A stretch of 36,207 nt of DNA. Origin: Desulfobulbaceae bacterium. Its GTDB lineage: Bacteria > Desulfobacterota > Desulfobulbia > Desulfobulbales > DAOVSZ01. The stretch spans positions 1 to 36,207 of the forward strand of contig DAOVSZ010000001.1 in assembly GCA_030627725.1 (NCBI GenBank), in the 5' to 3' direction. This document shows, one piece after another, positions 9,528 to 18,862 of this stretch; within the stretch, counting starts at the first letter, position 1, and the number at the start of each line of letters is the position of its first letter. The position numbers and the translations under genes were made by a program. Under the pieces are notes generated by a model that saw only the letters and a program-made list of their open reading frames with translations, was not told the origin of the DNA and searched no databases.

Positions 9528-9890
9528 TCAGATCTCGCCTCGCATCTTGACCTTGTTGTCCTTGTCGAGGACGACAATATGCGGCTTGTAGTTTTTCAGC
9601 TCTTCCGGCGAATACATGGCATAGCTTGCAATGATAATCAGATCTCCGGCAAGGCCTTTTCTGGCGGCGGCGCCGTTTAAGCCGATAATGCCGGAGCCGG
9701 CCGGGCCCTCAATAACATACGTCTCAAAGCGCTCGCCATTATGTATATTATACACCTGGATATGCTCGAAGGGACTGAGGTCAACTTCGTCCATCAGGTC
9801 CTTGTCAACGGAGAGGCTTCCTTCGTAGTTGAGGTCGGACTCGGTAACGGTTGCCCGATGGATCTTCGACTTCAGCATGGATCGTAACAT
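9528..9890 (-). CDS. panD: aspartate 1-decarboxylase
   Basis: 120 aa. The sequence [25 protein letters not shown] contains the G-S self-processing site. Confidence 0.95.
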   Translation of the reverse strand: MLRSMLKSKIHRATVTESDLNYEGSLSVDKDLMDEVDLSPFEHIQVYNIHNGERFETYVIEGPAGSGIIGLNGAAARKGLAGDLIIIASYAMYSPEELKNYKPHIVVLDKDNKVKMRGEI

Positions 9891-9917
9891 GGTAGTATCT
9901 CGGTTGGGAGTTCTTGG

Positions 9918-10766
9918 TTATTCTTCAAACAGCCTGCAATTATCTATCAGCCTTGTCTTTCCTACTTTTGCGGCTATTGCCAGCTGAGAATTCTCACTGA
10001 TTTTCTGCTGCGGCGACAGGTCTTCGCTGTTTATGATGCTTATATAATCGACCTGCACCTCATCGATTTCTGAAAAAAACCGTGTCGAAATTTCTGCAAT
10101 CAGCTCCTCTGCATCAAGACAACCCGCCTGCACCCTTCCTCGGGCAAAGGCGAGAGCAGAGCTTAAAGACAACGCCTTTTTTCTCTCTTCGGAAGAGAGA
10201 TACATATTCCTGGAACTCATCGCCAGGCCATCATGTTCTCTCACGATGGGATGGCCGACAATAGAGATATCCCAGTTGAGGTCTCCGACCATCCTCCTGA
10301 TCACGGCCAGCTGCTGAAAATCCTTCTCACCGAACACCGCAACATGGGGCTTGACGATATGAAAGAGCTTGGCAACAACCGTGGTCACCCCCTCAAAGTG
10401 CCTAGGCCGGTCACTCCCGCAGAGGGTCTCTGTGAGGCCACTCACAACAACCCGGGTAAGAGGACTCCGGTACATGGCTGAGGCATCCGGCGCAAAGAGG
10501 ACATCGCTCCCAACCTGTTCGACCTTTGCAGCATCACCCTCAAAGTCCCTCGGGTATTTATCAAGGTCCTCGTTCGGCCCGAACTGAATGGGGTTGACAA
10601 AAAGACTGACAACAAGAAGGTCGCATTCTTCCCTTGCTCTTTTCATGAGAGCGAGATGGCCGTCGTGAAAGTACCCCATGGTTGGGACAAGGGCAATCTT
10701 TCCGCCATCAACGATCATCCGGTTCGACCAGGATGTCATATCACTCGGCGATTGTATAATCTCCAT
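9918..10766 (-). CDS. panC: pantoate--beta-alanine ligase
   Basis: 282 aa. Motifs PTMGYFHDGHLAL, FVNPIQF and FGEKDFQQ are present. Confidence 0.95.
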   Translation of the reverse strand: MEIIQSPSDMTSWSNRMIVDGGKIALVPTMGYFHDGHLALMKRAREECDLLVVSLFVNPIQFGPNEDLDKYPRDFEGDAAKVEQVGSDVLFAPDASAMYRSPLTRVVVSGLTETLCGSDRPRHFEGVTTVVAKLFHIVKPHVAVFGEKDFQQLAVIRRMVGDLNWDISIVGHPIVREHDGLAMSSRNMYLSSEERKKALSLSSALAFARGRVQAGCLDAEELIAEISTRFFSEIDEVQVDYISIINSEDLSPQQKISENSQLAIAAKVGKTRLIDNCRLFEE

Positions 10767-10800
10767 AAGGACAGTGTACTGTTTACTGTTTACGGAAACA

Positions 10801-11499
10801 TCAATTTTTAATTTTTAATTTTTCACTTAAATCGGTGACTTTGCTGTCAACCCACCCCTTGACATTCACCGGAAACGCGTCATAGCTCCTGGCCTTTTCA
10901 TAGGAATCCTTTGCCTGCGCCCATTCCTGTTTCTTTTCATAGACCCTGCCCATGCCGAGATATCCGGCAGCGGCAAAACTTGCTGTCTTGGCCAGATCGG
11001 CATAGCTGGACAAGGCCTTGTCAAAATCCTTATTTTCCTCATAGGCATACGCCAGGTCGTACTGCACAAAAGGAGTGAGCGAGTCGGACGAAGACAATTT
11101 TTCAAGCGCCTTTGTGTAATTTTCAATCGCCTTCGGATAGTCCCCGGCCTCATAGGCGTCATGGCCAAGCTGGAGCATGGCCCACCGGGCTGCCGCAGTG
11201 TCTGAGTAATCTTTAAGAACATCTTCAAGCTTTAGCTGCCTCGTATCCGGAGTTTCTTCGACAAGGGCCGCGGCAAGAAGTGCGGTTGATTTTTCCTTTT
11301 TCACTTCGGCAAAGTGCTTATAAACAGAAGAACCGATAAGGGCGATTACAATGCAGGCAATCCCTATCTGCAGAATTTTACTGTTTTTTCTGAGAAATGA
11401 AATAACCTGTGGAGGCAGATTCATCTCCTCAAGCAGGTTCGTTTTTTCAGGTGCAAGTGTTTCGATTTTCTTTTTACTGAAAGCGCTTTGATCGGTCAT
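10801..11499 (-). CDS. membrane-anchored tetratricopeptide-repeat protein (YfgM-like)
   Basis: 232 aa with one TM helix (ILQIGIACIVIALIGSSVY). This is followed by TPR-like repeats (AYEAGDYPKAIENYTKAL, AYAYEENKDFDKALSSY, GRVYEKKQEWAQAKDSYEKA). Confidence 0.7.
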   Translation of the reverse strand: MTDQSAFSKKKIETLAPEKTNLLEEMNLPPQVISFLRKNSKILQIGIACIVIALIGSSVYKHFAEVKKEKSTALLAAALVEETPDTRQLKLEDVLKDYSDTAAARWAMLQLGHDAYEAGDYPKAIENYTKALEKLSSSDSLTPFVQYDLAYAYEENKDFDKALSSYADLAKTASFAAAGYLGMGRVYEKKQEWAQAKDSYEKARSYDAFPVNVKGWVDSKVTDLSEKLKIKN

Positions 11500-11524
11500 A
11501 AAGTTTTTCCTGAACCCGGCCCGG

Positions 11525-11562
11525 CCGGTTTTGTATTTGTAATCCGGTTTTGTATTTGTAAT
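11525..11562. repeat. exact 19-bp tandem duplication in the divergent TPR/xseA spacer
   Basis: CCGGTTTTGTATTTGTAAT occurs twice back to back, at 11525-11543 and 11544-11562. Confidence 0.8.
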
Positions 11563-11650
11563 CGTTGTGTCAGTTATTCTTATCTGTTGTCATAACAGAA
11601 CATGTGAGTATATTTACTGTACGTGGAAAAATCAAGGATGAAATCACACT

Positions 11651-12991
11651 ATGCAAAACCATTACGGACACAGAATCCAATCAGTGACGGAACTGACAAG
11701 TTCTATCAAAGGTCTGCTTGAGACATCCTTTCCCTTTGTCACTGTTGTTGGTGAAATATCTAATGTAAGGCGTCCCTTTTCTGGCCATATCTATTTCACC
11801 ATGAAGGACCACGTCTCTCAGATCCGGGCTGTACTTTTCAAGCCCCAGCAGCGTTATCTGGCCTGTACCCCTGAAGACGGCCTTGAGGTTATCTGCCGCG
11901 GCCGCATCTCGGTCTACGAACCGCGAGGCGAGTATCAGTTCATTGTTGATACGGTTGACTTCAAAGGGACCGGCGCCCTGCAGATCACCTTTGAAAAACT
12001 CAAAAAACGTCTTGCCGAAGAAGGTCTCTTTGATGAGGCATCTAAAAAGCCTCTTCCTTTTCTGCCTGAAAAAATCGCCCTTATAACCTCGCCCGGCAGC
12101 GCTGCAATATTTGATTTTTTGACCATGGCGGAGAACCGTTTTTCTTCCGTGCCTGTCGAGATACATCCGGTCCGGGTCCAGGGCGACGGCGCGGCAGATG
12201 AAATAGTCGACGCCATAGAGTGCGCCAACGACAGAAAGACATCAGACGTCATCGTCATCTGCCGAGGCGGCGGTTCGATAGAAGACTTATGGTCCTTTAA
12301 CGAAGAAAAGGTCGCCCGTGCCATCTCTCATTCAACAATCCCCGTGGTCTCTGCAGTCGGCCATGAGGTGGATTTTACCATTGCCGATTTTGTTGCCGAC
12401 CTTCGGGCGCCGACACCGACTGCTGCTGCAGAAGCCGTCCTCCCCTCTCGGCAAACACTCTCTCGACAACTCAACGAGACAACTATACGGCTTGCAACAG
12501 CGATCAAAAATAAGCTTATCCAGGCACGCTCGCAGACAAAAACAGCACGGCGTATGCTGGGGGACCCGACACGTCTTCTGGCCCATTATTATCAGGTCCT
12601 TGACCACTGCCAGTCTGCCATGGTCCAGTCGTTTACAAACCGTCTCTTAAACCGCAGGCTGTTGGTGACACAACTGACAGGAAGGCTCATAGAACACACC
12701 CCGGGGCACAGAATCGTGAAGAACCGTCAGCATCTGGATGAACTGATCAACACACTGAAGACCTCCACACAGATGCATCTTGAACGGAAACAGGCAAAAC
12801 TGCATACATCCGCCTCACTGCTCGAGGCAGTGAACCCGCGGGCAATACTCAAACGTGGATATTCCATTGTCAGGACTGGAGAAAAGGGTGAAATTGTCAC
12901 TTCCAGCGAACAGGTCGGCAAGGGAGACGGCCTGAATATCCTCCTCCACAAAGGCAAGATAGCGGCAACAGTAAATCGCTGTGAGGATTGA
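11651..12991 (+). CDS. xseA: exodeoxyribonuclease VII large subunit
   Basis: 446 aa. It has an N-terminal OB fold (VTVVGEISNVRRPFSGHIYFTMKD), the catalytic core (ITSPGSAAIFDF, RGGGSIEDLWSFN, VSAVGHEVDFTIADFVAD) and a long helical tail. Confidence 0.95.
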   Translation: MQNHYGHRIQSVTELTSSIKGLLETSFPFVTVVGEISNVRRPFSGHIYFTMKDHVSQIRAVLFKPQQRYLACTPEDGLEVICRGRISVYEPRGEYQFIVDTVDFKGTGALQITFEKLKKRLAEEGLFDEASKKPLPFLPEKIALITSPGSAAIFDFLTMAENRFSSVPVEIHPVRVQGDGAADEIVDAIECANDRKTSDVIVICRGGGSIEDLWSFNEEKVARAISHSTIPVVSAVGHEVDFTIADFVADLRAPTPTAAAEAVLPSRQTLSRQLNETTIRLATAIKNKLIQARSQTKTARRMLGDPTRLLAHYYQVLDHCQSAMVQSFTNRLLNRRLLVTQLTGRLIEHTPGHRIVKNRQHLDELINTLKTSTQMHLERKQAKLHTSASLLEAVNPRAILKRGYSIVRTGEKGEIVTSSEQVGKGDGLNILLHKGKIAATVNRCED

Positions 12992-12992
12992 A

Positions 12993-13060
12993 CCGTTTAA
13001 GCCGCTTGAACCGCTTGAAATGTTTGAACTGTTCCCTCTTTCTGCCTTCTCACTTCTGCC
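12993..13060. repeat. short tandem repeats downstream of xseA: a 9-mer array, then TTCTGCC-type heptamers
   Basis: The 9-mers are ccgtttaag ccgcttgaa ccgcttgaa atgtttgaa (12993-13028). The heptamers are ttctgcc ttctcac ttctgcc (13040-13060). Confidence 0.6.
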
Positions 13061-13081
13061 TTACCCGTTAACTCTTCTGAC

Positions 13082-13111
13082 TTGACAGACCTTCAACAAT
13101 TCATTTAAAAT
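13082..13111 (+). promoter_or_regulatory. sigma70-type promoter candidate for the binding-protein/kinase operon
   Basis: TTGACA (13082-13087), an 18-nt spacer, then TAAAAT (13106-13111), about 55 nt upstream of the 13165 ATG. Confidence 0.45.
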
Positions 13112-13164
13112 AAAATTTATGAAATAAAGTCAATACGTTCTCTACCGATCTGAGGTAATATGAG

Positions 13165-14295
13165 ATGAAAAAAAAACGTTTTTCCCCAGTTTTACTGAGC
13201 ATTATTCTCCTCCTTCTGACTGTCGGGTGCGGAAAACAAACTGACGAAAAGCTGCCTCTCCTGCGTGTCGGCCATGCACTGAACGACCATCACGCGCCGC
13301 TCTTTATTGCTGCCTTAAACCCTGATTATTTCAAAAAAAACGGCGGAATATATCTTCGAGAGGTCGAGTTCAGGAAAAAGTATGATCTCATCCATAACGA
13401 CCGTATCGTTGCCGAGGTCCGATTTGACTCGGGAAGGGGAGGCAGAAAGCTTGTCAGCAGACTCATTACCGGAGAGGCGGACATGGTCCTGGGCGGCATC
13501 CCGTCCGCTCTTCATTTTATTGATCAGGGAGGACCTCTGCGTATCCTGTCACCGGTGATGACGAACGGCACCTCGCTTATACTCAGAAACGATCTTGCGG
13601 CAGACACCTGGGACGAGTTCATCGCGTATGCGCGCACGACAAAGACCCCCCTTATCATCGGCTACAAGGCTGCCATCTCTACCCAGAACCTGATCTTTGA
13701 AACCGCACTCAAAAATGCAGGGATAGCGTACAGCAAGCAAATCGACAACCAGACTGTGCCGATCACCCTGGTCAATATGTTCGGCCCGCAGAACCTGGTC
13801 CCATCCATGAAAAACGAACTCATTGACGGCTTTGTCTGCAACCAGCCCTTTCCAGCCATGGCAGAAACGGACGGGATCGGCAAGACCATCGTCCAGCTCA
13901 GTGAACTCCCGCCCAAAGGACAGTGGCGCGGCATTCCCTGCTGCGGCCTCATTGCTACGGACTCCTTCACCAGGGCCCAGCAGGAAACATCCCGGCTTTT
14001 TGCAACCCTTCTTATGCGGGCGAACCTCTTTATTAACACAAACCAGCCGACAGCCATCTCACAGGTCTCAGGCTGGCTCAACCATCCGGCTGCAATAGAA
14101 GAACGCTCTCTTCCAACAATCAATTTTCTGATTGATTATGACGAGGCATGGACACGCGGGACCAACTTCTGGGTCAAATCAATGGTTGAACTCGGGAAAC
14201 TCAACAACAGGGTCAGCGCAGCCTATCAGGAGGGGACCTTGGAAAAACTTATCTACGACATGGACCTCTACAAACAGGCAAGGGACCAGATCTGA
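13165..14295 (+). CDS. periplasmic solute-binding lipoprotein, NMT1/SsuA-like (COG0715-type) fold, with no cognate permease or ATPase gene
   Basis: 376 aa. It has a signal peptide with lipobox LLLTVGC. The type-II binding-protein-like pattern includes LRVGH..HHAPLFIA and GEADMVLGGIPSAL. Its stop overlaps the kinase start (TGATG at 14293-14297). Confidence 0.85.
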   Translation: MKKKRFSPVLLSIILLLLTVGCGKQTDEKLPLLRVGHALNDHHAPLFIAALNPDYFKKNGGIYLREVEFRKKYDLIHNDRIVAEVRFDSGRGGRKLVSRLITGEADMVLGGIPSALHFIDQGGPLRILSPVMTNGTSLILRNDLAADTWDEFIAYARTTKTPLIIGYKAAISTQNLIFETALKNAGIAYSKQIDNQTVPITLVNMFGPQNLVPSMKNELIDGFVCNQPFPAMAETDGIGKTIVQLSELPPKGQWRGIPCCGLIATDSFTRAQQETSRLFATLLMRANLFINTNQPTAISQVSGWLNHPAAIEERSLPTINFLIDYDEAWTRGTNFWVKSMVELGKLNNRVSAAYQEGTLEKLIYDMDLYKQARDQI

Positions 14296-17200
14296 TGATA
14301 CTTTTAAAAGACAGCAGCATTAAAACCAAGATGCTGGTCGGGACCTCTGTCCTGACATTTTTCTTTCTCCTTGCCCTGGGTGTTTATCACATCACCGTGC
14401 AGATTGTAAATAAGGGTTTTCTCCATGTCATTCATCACGAGCAACAGATAATCAGGAAGGCAACGGAAATAAACACACATATCATTCTAAGCCGTCAGGC
14501 TGAAACGAATTTTATCCTGGACAACGACAGCAGACACCTTGCCCTGGTTGAAAAGCATATAGGAAACATCCTTCAAATCAACCAGACTCTCCAGCAAACC
14601 GCTACAGAAACACATGCACGGCAGGTCCTGGCCATAGCAGAAAGGATTCCGGCCCGCGCCAGGGAGTACTTCTCGACCTTCACAAAGGTTGTTGAGGCGC
14701 ACAAAGTCGTTGGTCATGACAACCGATCCGGGCTGAAAGGCGCTCTGGATGAAACAGCCCTTGTTCTGCTCGAAATAATCAGGACCTACGCACTGGAGGA
14801 CGCAATCGGCTCCATTCATATTCCTTCTTCACTTGCCCTTGCCCTTGAAATCAGAAGAAACGAAAAAGATTACCTCCTTTACCGCAAAAAAGAAGATGTC
14901 CGGAAGACCTATGAGACAATTGACACACTACTCGCCTCTCTTCTTACCGCAAAGCTGCCCCGTGAGCTTGTCGCTCCGATCAGGGCCCAGATCGATCTCT
15001 ACCGGCAGGCCTTTGACGAGCTTGTTGCCAAGGAAAAACAAATTGCTCTTCTCTCGTTTCAGTTAAAAGATGCGGCAGCAGAGATCGAAAACGACGCCAG
15101 CTATATCGTTGCCGCTGCCATCAAACTCGAGGACCAACAGATTCTGGCAACCCAGGAGCGTGCAAAGAAGATGACTCAGGCCGCACTTGCCTTCTGCGCC
15201 ATTGCTCTTTTTGCCGGACTTGTCCTGTTCCGCGGCATCACCAATGCCATAACCGGCCCTCTTCATGCCGTAATCGATAAGATAAAAGGGATCTCGGAAG
15301 GTGACTACGAAACCAGAGCGCCGGTTGATTCAAAAGACGAAATCGGCCAGCTGGCCGAGGCGTTCAACCAGATGGCCAAATCGCTGCTTGACGTAACAAA
15401 TATCTGTGAAGCCGTCTCCAGAGGCGAGTTCGAGCATTCCTTTCACATACGAGGGGAAAAAGACAGGCTTGGAAGCGCGGTCAACCGCATGGCGGAGAAT
15501 CTCACGACCGTCATCCGGCAGGCTGATTCGGTTGCCAAGGGTGATTATGAGGTGCAGATTACTCCATACTCGGACAAGGACGAACTCGGCGCCGCCTTAA
15601 AGGACATGATACTGCGGCTCAAAACCATGCATACGGCAAACCTGAATGCCCTGACGGAAGCACAACTTCTCGCCGACAACCTCGACAGCCTGCCCGTGCC
15701 GACCCATACGGTTGACCTCAACTTCCGAATTACCTATATCAATGCCGCCGGCGCGGCCATGGCCGGCCTGCCCCGTTCCGAATGCGAAGGCCGTTATTGC
15801 TACGAACTCTTCGGCAATGAACATTGCCGCACCGACAACTGTGCCGTTGCCCGGGCCAAGCTGGAAAACAGAGCGATCGTCTCGGAGACCGTGATCGAAA
15901 AGGGCGACACAAAAATCCCCATCCGCTATTTCGGCTCTCCCATGGTTGACGATTCCGGAAAAATCATCGGCGCCCAGGAGTGCATGCTCGACATTACGGA
16001 GATACGCCAGGCGCTCGATCAGACACTCTTTGAAAATCGCCTGCAGGAAGGCCATGCCGCGATCAACGAACGGTTGCGGGGCGAGCAGGACATAGAAGAA
16101 CTTGGCCACAGCATCCTCTCCGCCCTGTCCGAACAGCTCGATATTCAGACCGGCGCCGTGTACCTTGCTGACGAAGATCAACTGCTGCGACTGACCGCTT
16201 CCTATGCGACCGCAAAAGACCAGCCCCATAGAAAATCTTTTTCAATCGGGGAAGGCGTCTCCGGTCAGGCTGCACAGGAAGGAAAAAGGATCATGATCAA
16301 CGATATCCCGGACGATTGCATCCGTCTTGTCACCAGTACTGCCGAGGCTGTGCCGAAGAACATCGCTGCTCTGCCTCTCCGTTATGAAAACTCCCTCAAA
16401 GGGGTGTTGGAACTCGGGTCCTTTACGACATTTACCGAAAAGGACACGGCGCTCCTCGACCGGATAACCGATGACATCACAATTGCGATCCATACGGCCC
16501 AGTCCAGGTCCAGGATAAATCAACTTCTCGAAAAATCACAGGTCCAGTCTGAAGAACTCCAGACGCAGCAGGAGGAACTGAAAGCGACAAACGAAGAACT
16601 TGAAGAACAGACCCAGAACCTGCGTGAGAGCGAATCCCTTTTAAAAAACCAGCAGGAGCAGCTGCAGGCAATAAACGAGGAACTGGAAGACAAAACCGAC
16701 CGTCTTGAACACCAGAAGAGTGAGATCGAGCGAAAAAACGAAAACCTTCAAAAGGCACGAGGCGCACTTGAAAAGAAAGCGGAACAGGTTGCTCTGGCCA
16801 GCAGATACAAATCCGAGTTTCTGGCAAATATGTCGCATGAGCTCCGCACACCCTTGAACAGCCTGCTCCTGCTTGCCCGTAATCTCTCCCGTAACAGGGA
16901 CAACAACCTGACCGAGCAACAGGTGGAATCTGCACATATCATCTATAACAGCGGCAATGATCTCCTTCAGCTCATTAATGAAGTCCTCGACCTTTCCAAA
17001 ATCGAGGCCGGGCGGATGGACGTTGCCAGAAACAAAATTTCCCTGGCAGACCTGTCCCACTGGCTCAAGAGAAACTTCAAACACCTGCTTGACGAGAAGA
17101 GTCTTGATTTTTCCATCACAATTACGCATGAGGCTCCGCCTTCCATAATTTCCGACCGCTATCGGCTGGAACAGATCATCAGAAACCTGATGGCAAACGC

Positions 17201-18854
17201 CTTGAAGTTTACGCAAGAGGGAGGAGTTTTTGTTCGGATCGCGCCTGCTGACAAGAATGCAGATCTTACTGCTGTTGGGCTTACCCCGGAAAAAACACTG
17301 ACCATAAGTATCCGGGACACCGGCATCGGCATATCGCAAGAAAAGCATAAGGAAATATTTCAAGCATTCAGACAGGAAGACGGAAGCACCTCCAGAAAGT
17401 ACGGCGGCACCGGTCTTGGACTTTCCATCTCCAAAGAGCTTGCCGCCCTTCTTGGCGGTGAACTGCAGCTGACCAGTGCTCCTGAATCCGGCTCCACCTT
17501 CAGCATCTATCTGCCGTATACAATGCCTGAAAAGGTTGAAACCGAGGACACGGACACAGCCGAAACAGAGGATGACAGCGACAGAATTGACAGTGGAGAA
17601 TTTACCGTTCAGGATGATCTGCAGCCACCAATTTCCCTTGCCCCCCCTCTTCCGGATGACAGAGACAACCTGCTGGAAAATGACAAGGTCCTGCTGATTG
17701 TTGAGGATGATTTGAACTTTGCCAAAGTCCTCTTCCGTCAAGGCCATGAAACCGGGTTTAAATGTCTTGTTTCAGCAGACGGCAGGGATGGTCTCACCCT
17801 GGCAAGAAAATGTATTCCGAATGCGATCATCCTTGACATTAAACTTCCATCCATGGACGGATGGAAGGTGCTGGAATCGCTCAAGACCGACCAGCATACG
17901 AGGCATATCCCGGTCCACATGATGTCGGTTGAGGAACGGACCGTTGATGCCTATAAAAAAGGCGCGGTCGGCTTTTTGACCAAACCGGTCAAACAGGAGC
18001 AGCTCCAGGAAGCCTTTAACCGTTTTGACCATATTATCTCACGGGACTTAAGCGAACTTCTGCTGGTAGAGGACGATGAAATCCTATCGGCTGAAATTGC
18101 CAAACTGATCGGCAACAGTGATGTCCATATTACAACGGCAACATCTGGGAAAGAGGTGCTTGCGGCATTTAAGGAGAAAAAATTCGACTGCATGATCCTC
18201 GACCTGGGGCTCCCGGACATGACCGGCATAGAGTTGCTTGATATGCTTGAGAAAACAGCCGGCATCAAGATCCCGCCGGTTATAGTTTACACCGGCAGAG
18301 ACCTTACCAATGAGGAAGGTTTGATTTTAAACCGCTACACCGACTCGGTCATCATCAAGGGAGTCAAGTCGGAAGAGAGGCTCCTTGATGAAACCGCCCT
18401 TTTCCTCCACCGGATTGTTGACAACCTGCCGGACGAGAAGAAGATGATGATAGCAAACCTCTATGAACAGGACGAGATGTTCAAGGACAAAAAAATCCTT
18501 CTCGTTGACGATGACATGCGAAATTCTTTTGCCCTTTCAAAGATCATGGAAGAACGCGGCATGCACGTCATGATCGCAAATAACGGCCGGCACGCGCTTG
18601 ACATAATCGCACAGGAATCTGATTTTGATCTTGTACTCATGGATATCATGATGCCGATCATGGATGGATACGAAGCAATACGAAACCTGCGAAAAGACAC
18701 CCGGTTCAGGAATCTGCCGATCATAGCGCTCACCGCCAAGGCAATGCCCGAAGACAGAGAAAAATGCATGCATGCAGGCGCCAACGACTACCTTGCCAAA
18801 CCGGTGGAAGAGGGCAGACTCTTTTCCATGATGCGGGTGTGGCTGTATCGGTAA
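14295..18854 (+). CDS. hybrid sensor histidine kinase
   Basis: 1519 aa, with this domain order:
- TM helix, about 270-aa helical periplasmic domain, second TM helix
- two or three HAMP repeats (DEIGQLAEAFNQMA; DRLGSAVNRMAENL; DELGAALKDMILRL)
- a PAS domain containing a Cys4 motif, then a GAF domain (AVYLADEDQLLRL...GEGVSGQAAQEGKRIMI)
- a coiled coil
- an H-box (FLANMSHELRTPLNS) and G-boxes (DTGIGI, GGTGLGLSI)
- three REC domains, each with the DD pair and the phospho-acceptor Asp (ILDIKLPSMDG, ILDLGLPDMTG, LMDIMMPIMDG). Confidence 0.95.
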   Translation: MILLKDSSIKTKMLVGTSVLTFFFLLALGVYHITVQIVNKGFLHVIHHEQQIIRKATEINTHIILSRQAETNFILDNDSRHLALVEKHIGNILQINQTLQQTATETHARQVLAIAERIPARAREYFSTFTKVVEAHKVVGHDNRSGLKGALDETALVLLEIIRTYALEDAIGSIHIPSSLALALEIRRNEKDYLLYRKKEDVRKTYETIDTLLASLLTAKLPRELVAPIRAQIDLYRQAFDELVAKEKQIALLSFQLKDAAAEIENDASYIVAAAIKLEDQQILATQERAKKMTQAALAFCAIALFAGLVLFRGITNAITGPLHAVIDKIKGISEGDYETRAPVDSKDEIGQLAEAFNQMAKSLLDVTNICEAVSRGEFEHSFHIRGEKDRLGSAVNRMAENLTTVIRQADSVAKGDYEVQITPYSDKDELGAALKDMILRLKTMHTANLNALTEAQLLADNLDSLPVPTHTVDLNFRITYINAAGAAMAGLPRSECEGRYCYELFGNEHCRTDNCAVARAKLENRAIVSETVIEKGDTKIPIRYFGSPMVDDSGKIIGAQECMLDITEIRQALDQTLFENRLQEGHAAINERLRGEQDIEELGHSILSALSEQLDIQTGAVYLADEDQLLRLTASYATAKDQPHRKSFSIGEGVSGQAAQEGKRIMINDIPDDCIRLVTSTAEAVPKNIAALPLRYENSLKGVLELGSFTTFTEKDTALLDRITDDITIAIHTAQSRSRINQLLEKSQVQSEELQTQQEELKATNEELEEQTQNLRESESLLKNQQEQLQAINEELEDKTDRLEHQKSEIERKNENLQKARGALEKKAEQVALASRYKSEFLANMSHELRTPLNSLLLLARNLSRNRDNNLTEQQVESAHIIYNSGNDLLQLINEVLDLSKIEAGRMDVARNKISLADLSHWLKRNFKHLLDEKSLDFSITITHEAPPSIISDRYRLEQIIRNLMANALKFTQEGGVFVRIAPADKNADLTAVGLTPEKTLTISIRDTGIGISQEKHKEIFQAFRQEDGSTSRKYGGTGLGLSISKELAALLGGELQLTSAPESGSTFSIYLPYTMPEKVETEDTDTAETEDDSDRIDSGEFTVQDDLQPPISLAPPLPDDRDNLLENDKVLLIVEDDLNFAKVLFRQGHETGFKCLVSADGRDGLTLARKCIPNAIILDIKLPSMDGWKVLESLKTDQHTRHIPVHMMSVEERTVDAYKKGAVGFLTKPVKQEQLQEAFNRFDHIISRDLSELLLVEDDEILSAEIAKLIGNSDVHITTATSGKEVLAAFKEKKFDCMILDLGLPDMTGIELLDMLEKTAGIKIPPVIVYTGRDLTNEEGLILNRYTDSVIIKGVKSEERLLDETALFLHRIVDNLPDEKKMMIANLYEQDEMFKDKKILLVDDDMRNSFALSKIMEERGMHVMIANNGRHALDIIAQESDFDLVLMDIMMPIMDGYEAIRNLRKDTRFRNLPIIALTAKAMPEDREKCMHAGANDYLAKPVEEGRLFSMMRVWLYR

Positions 18855-18862
18855 ACCTTCTT

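Noticed and set aside
11500-11650. The strand-switch region as a replication origin.
   Set aside because: I found no DnaA-box-like 9-mers (TTATCCACA) on reading the spacer. No dnaA, dnaN or gidA genes are nearby. A divergent gene orientation alone is not evidence for an origin.
16641-17747. 368-aa minus-strand ORF inside the hybrid kinase. Similar long antisense ORFs occur at 15597-16229, 16477-16935 and 17951-18268.
   Set aside because: These are shadow ORFs opposite a gene whose plus-strand translation carries complete HisKA, HATPase and REC motifs. Their translations are low-complexity and motif-free.
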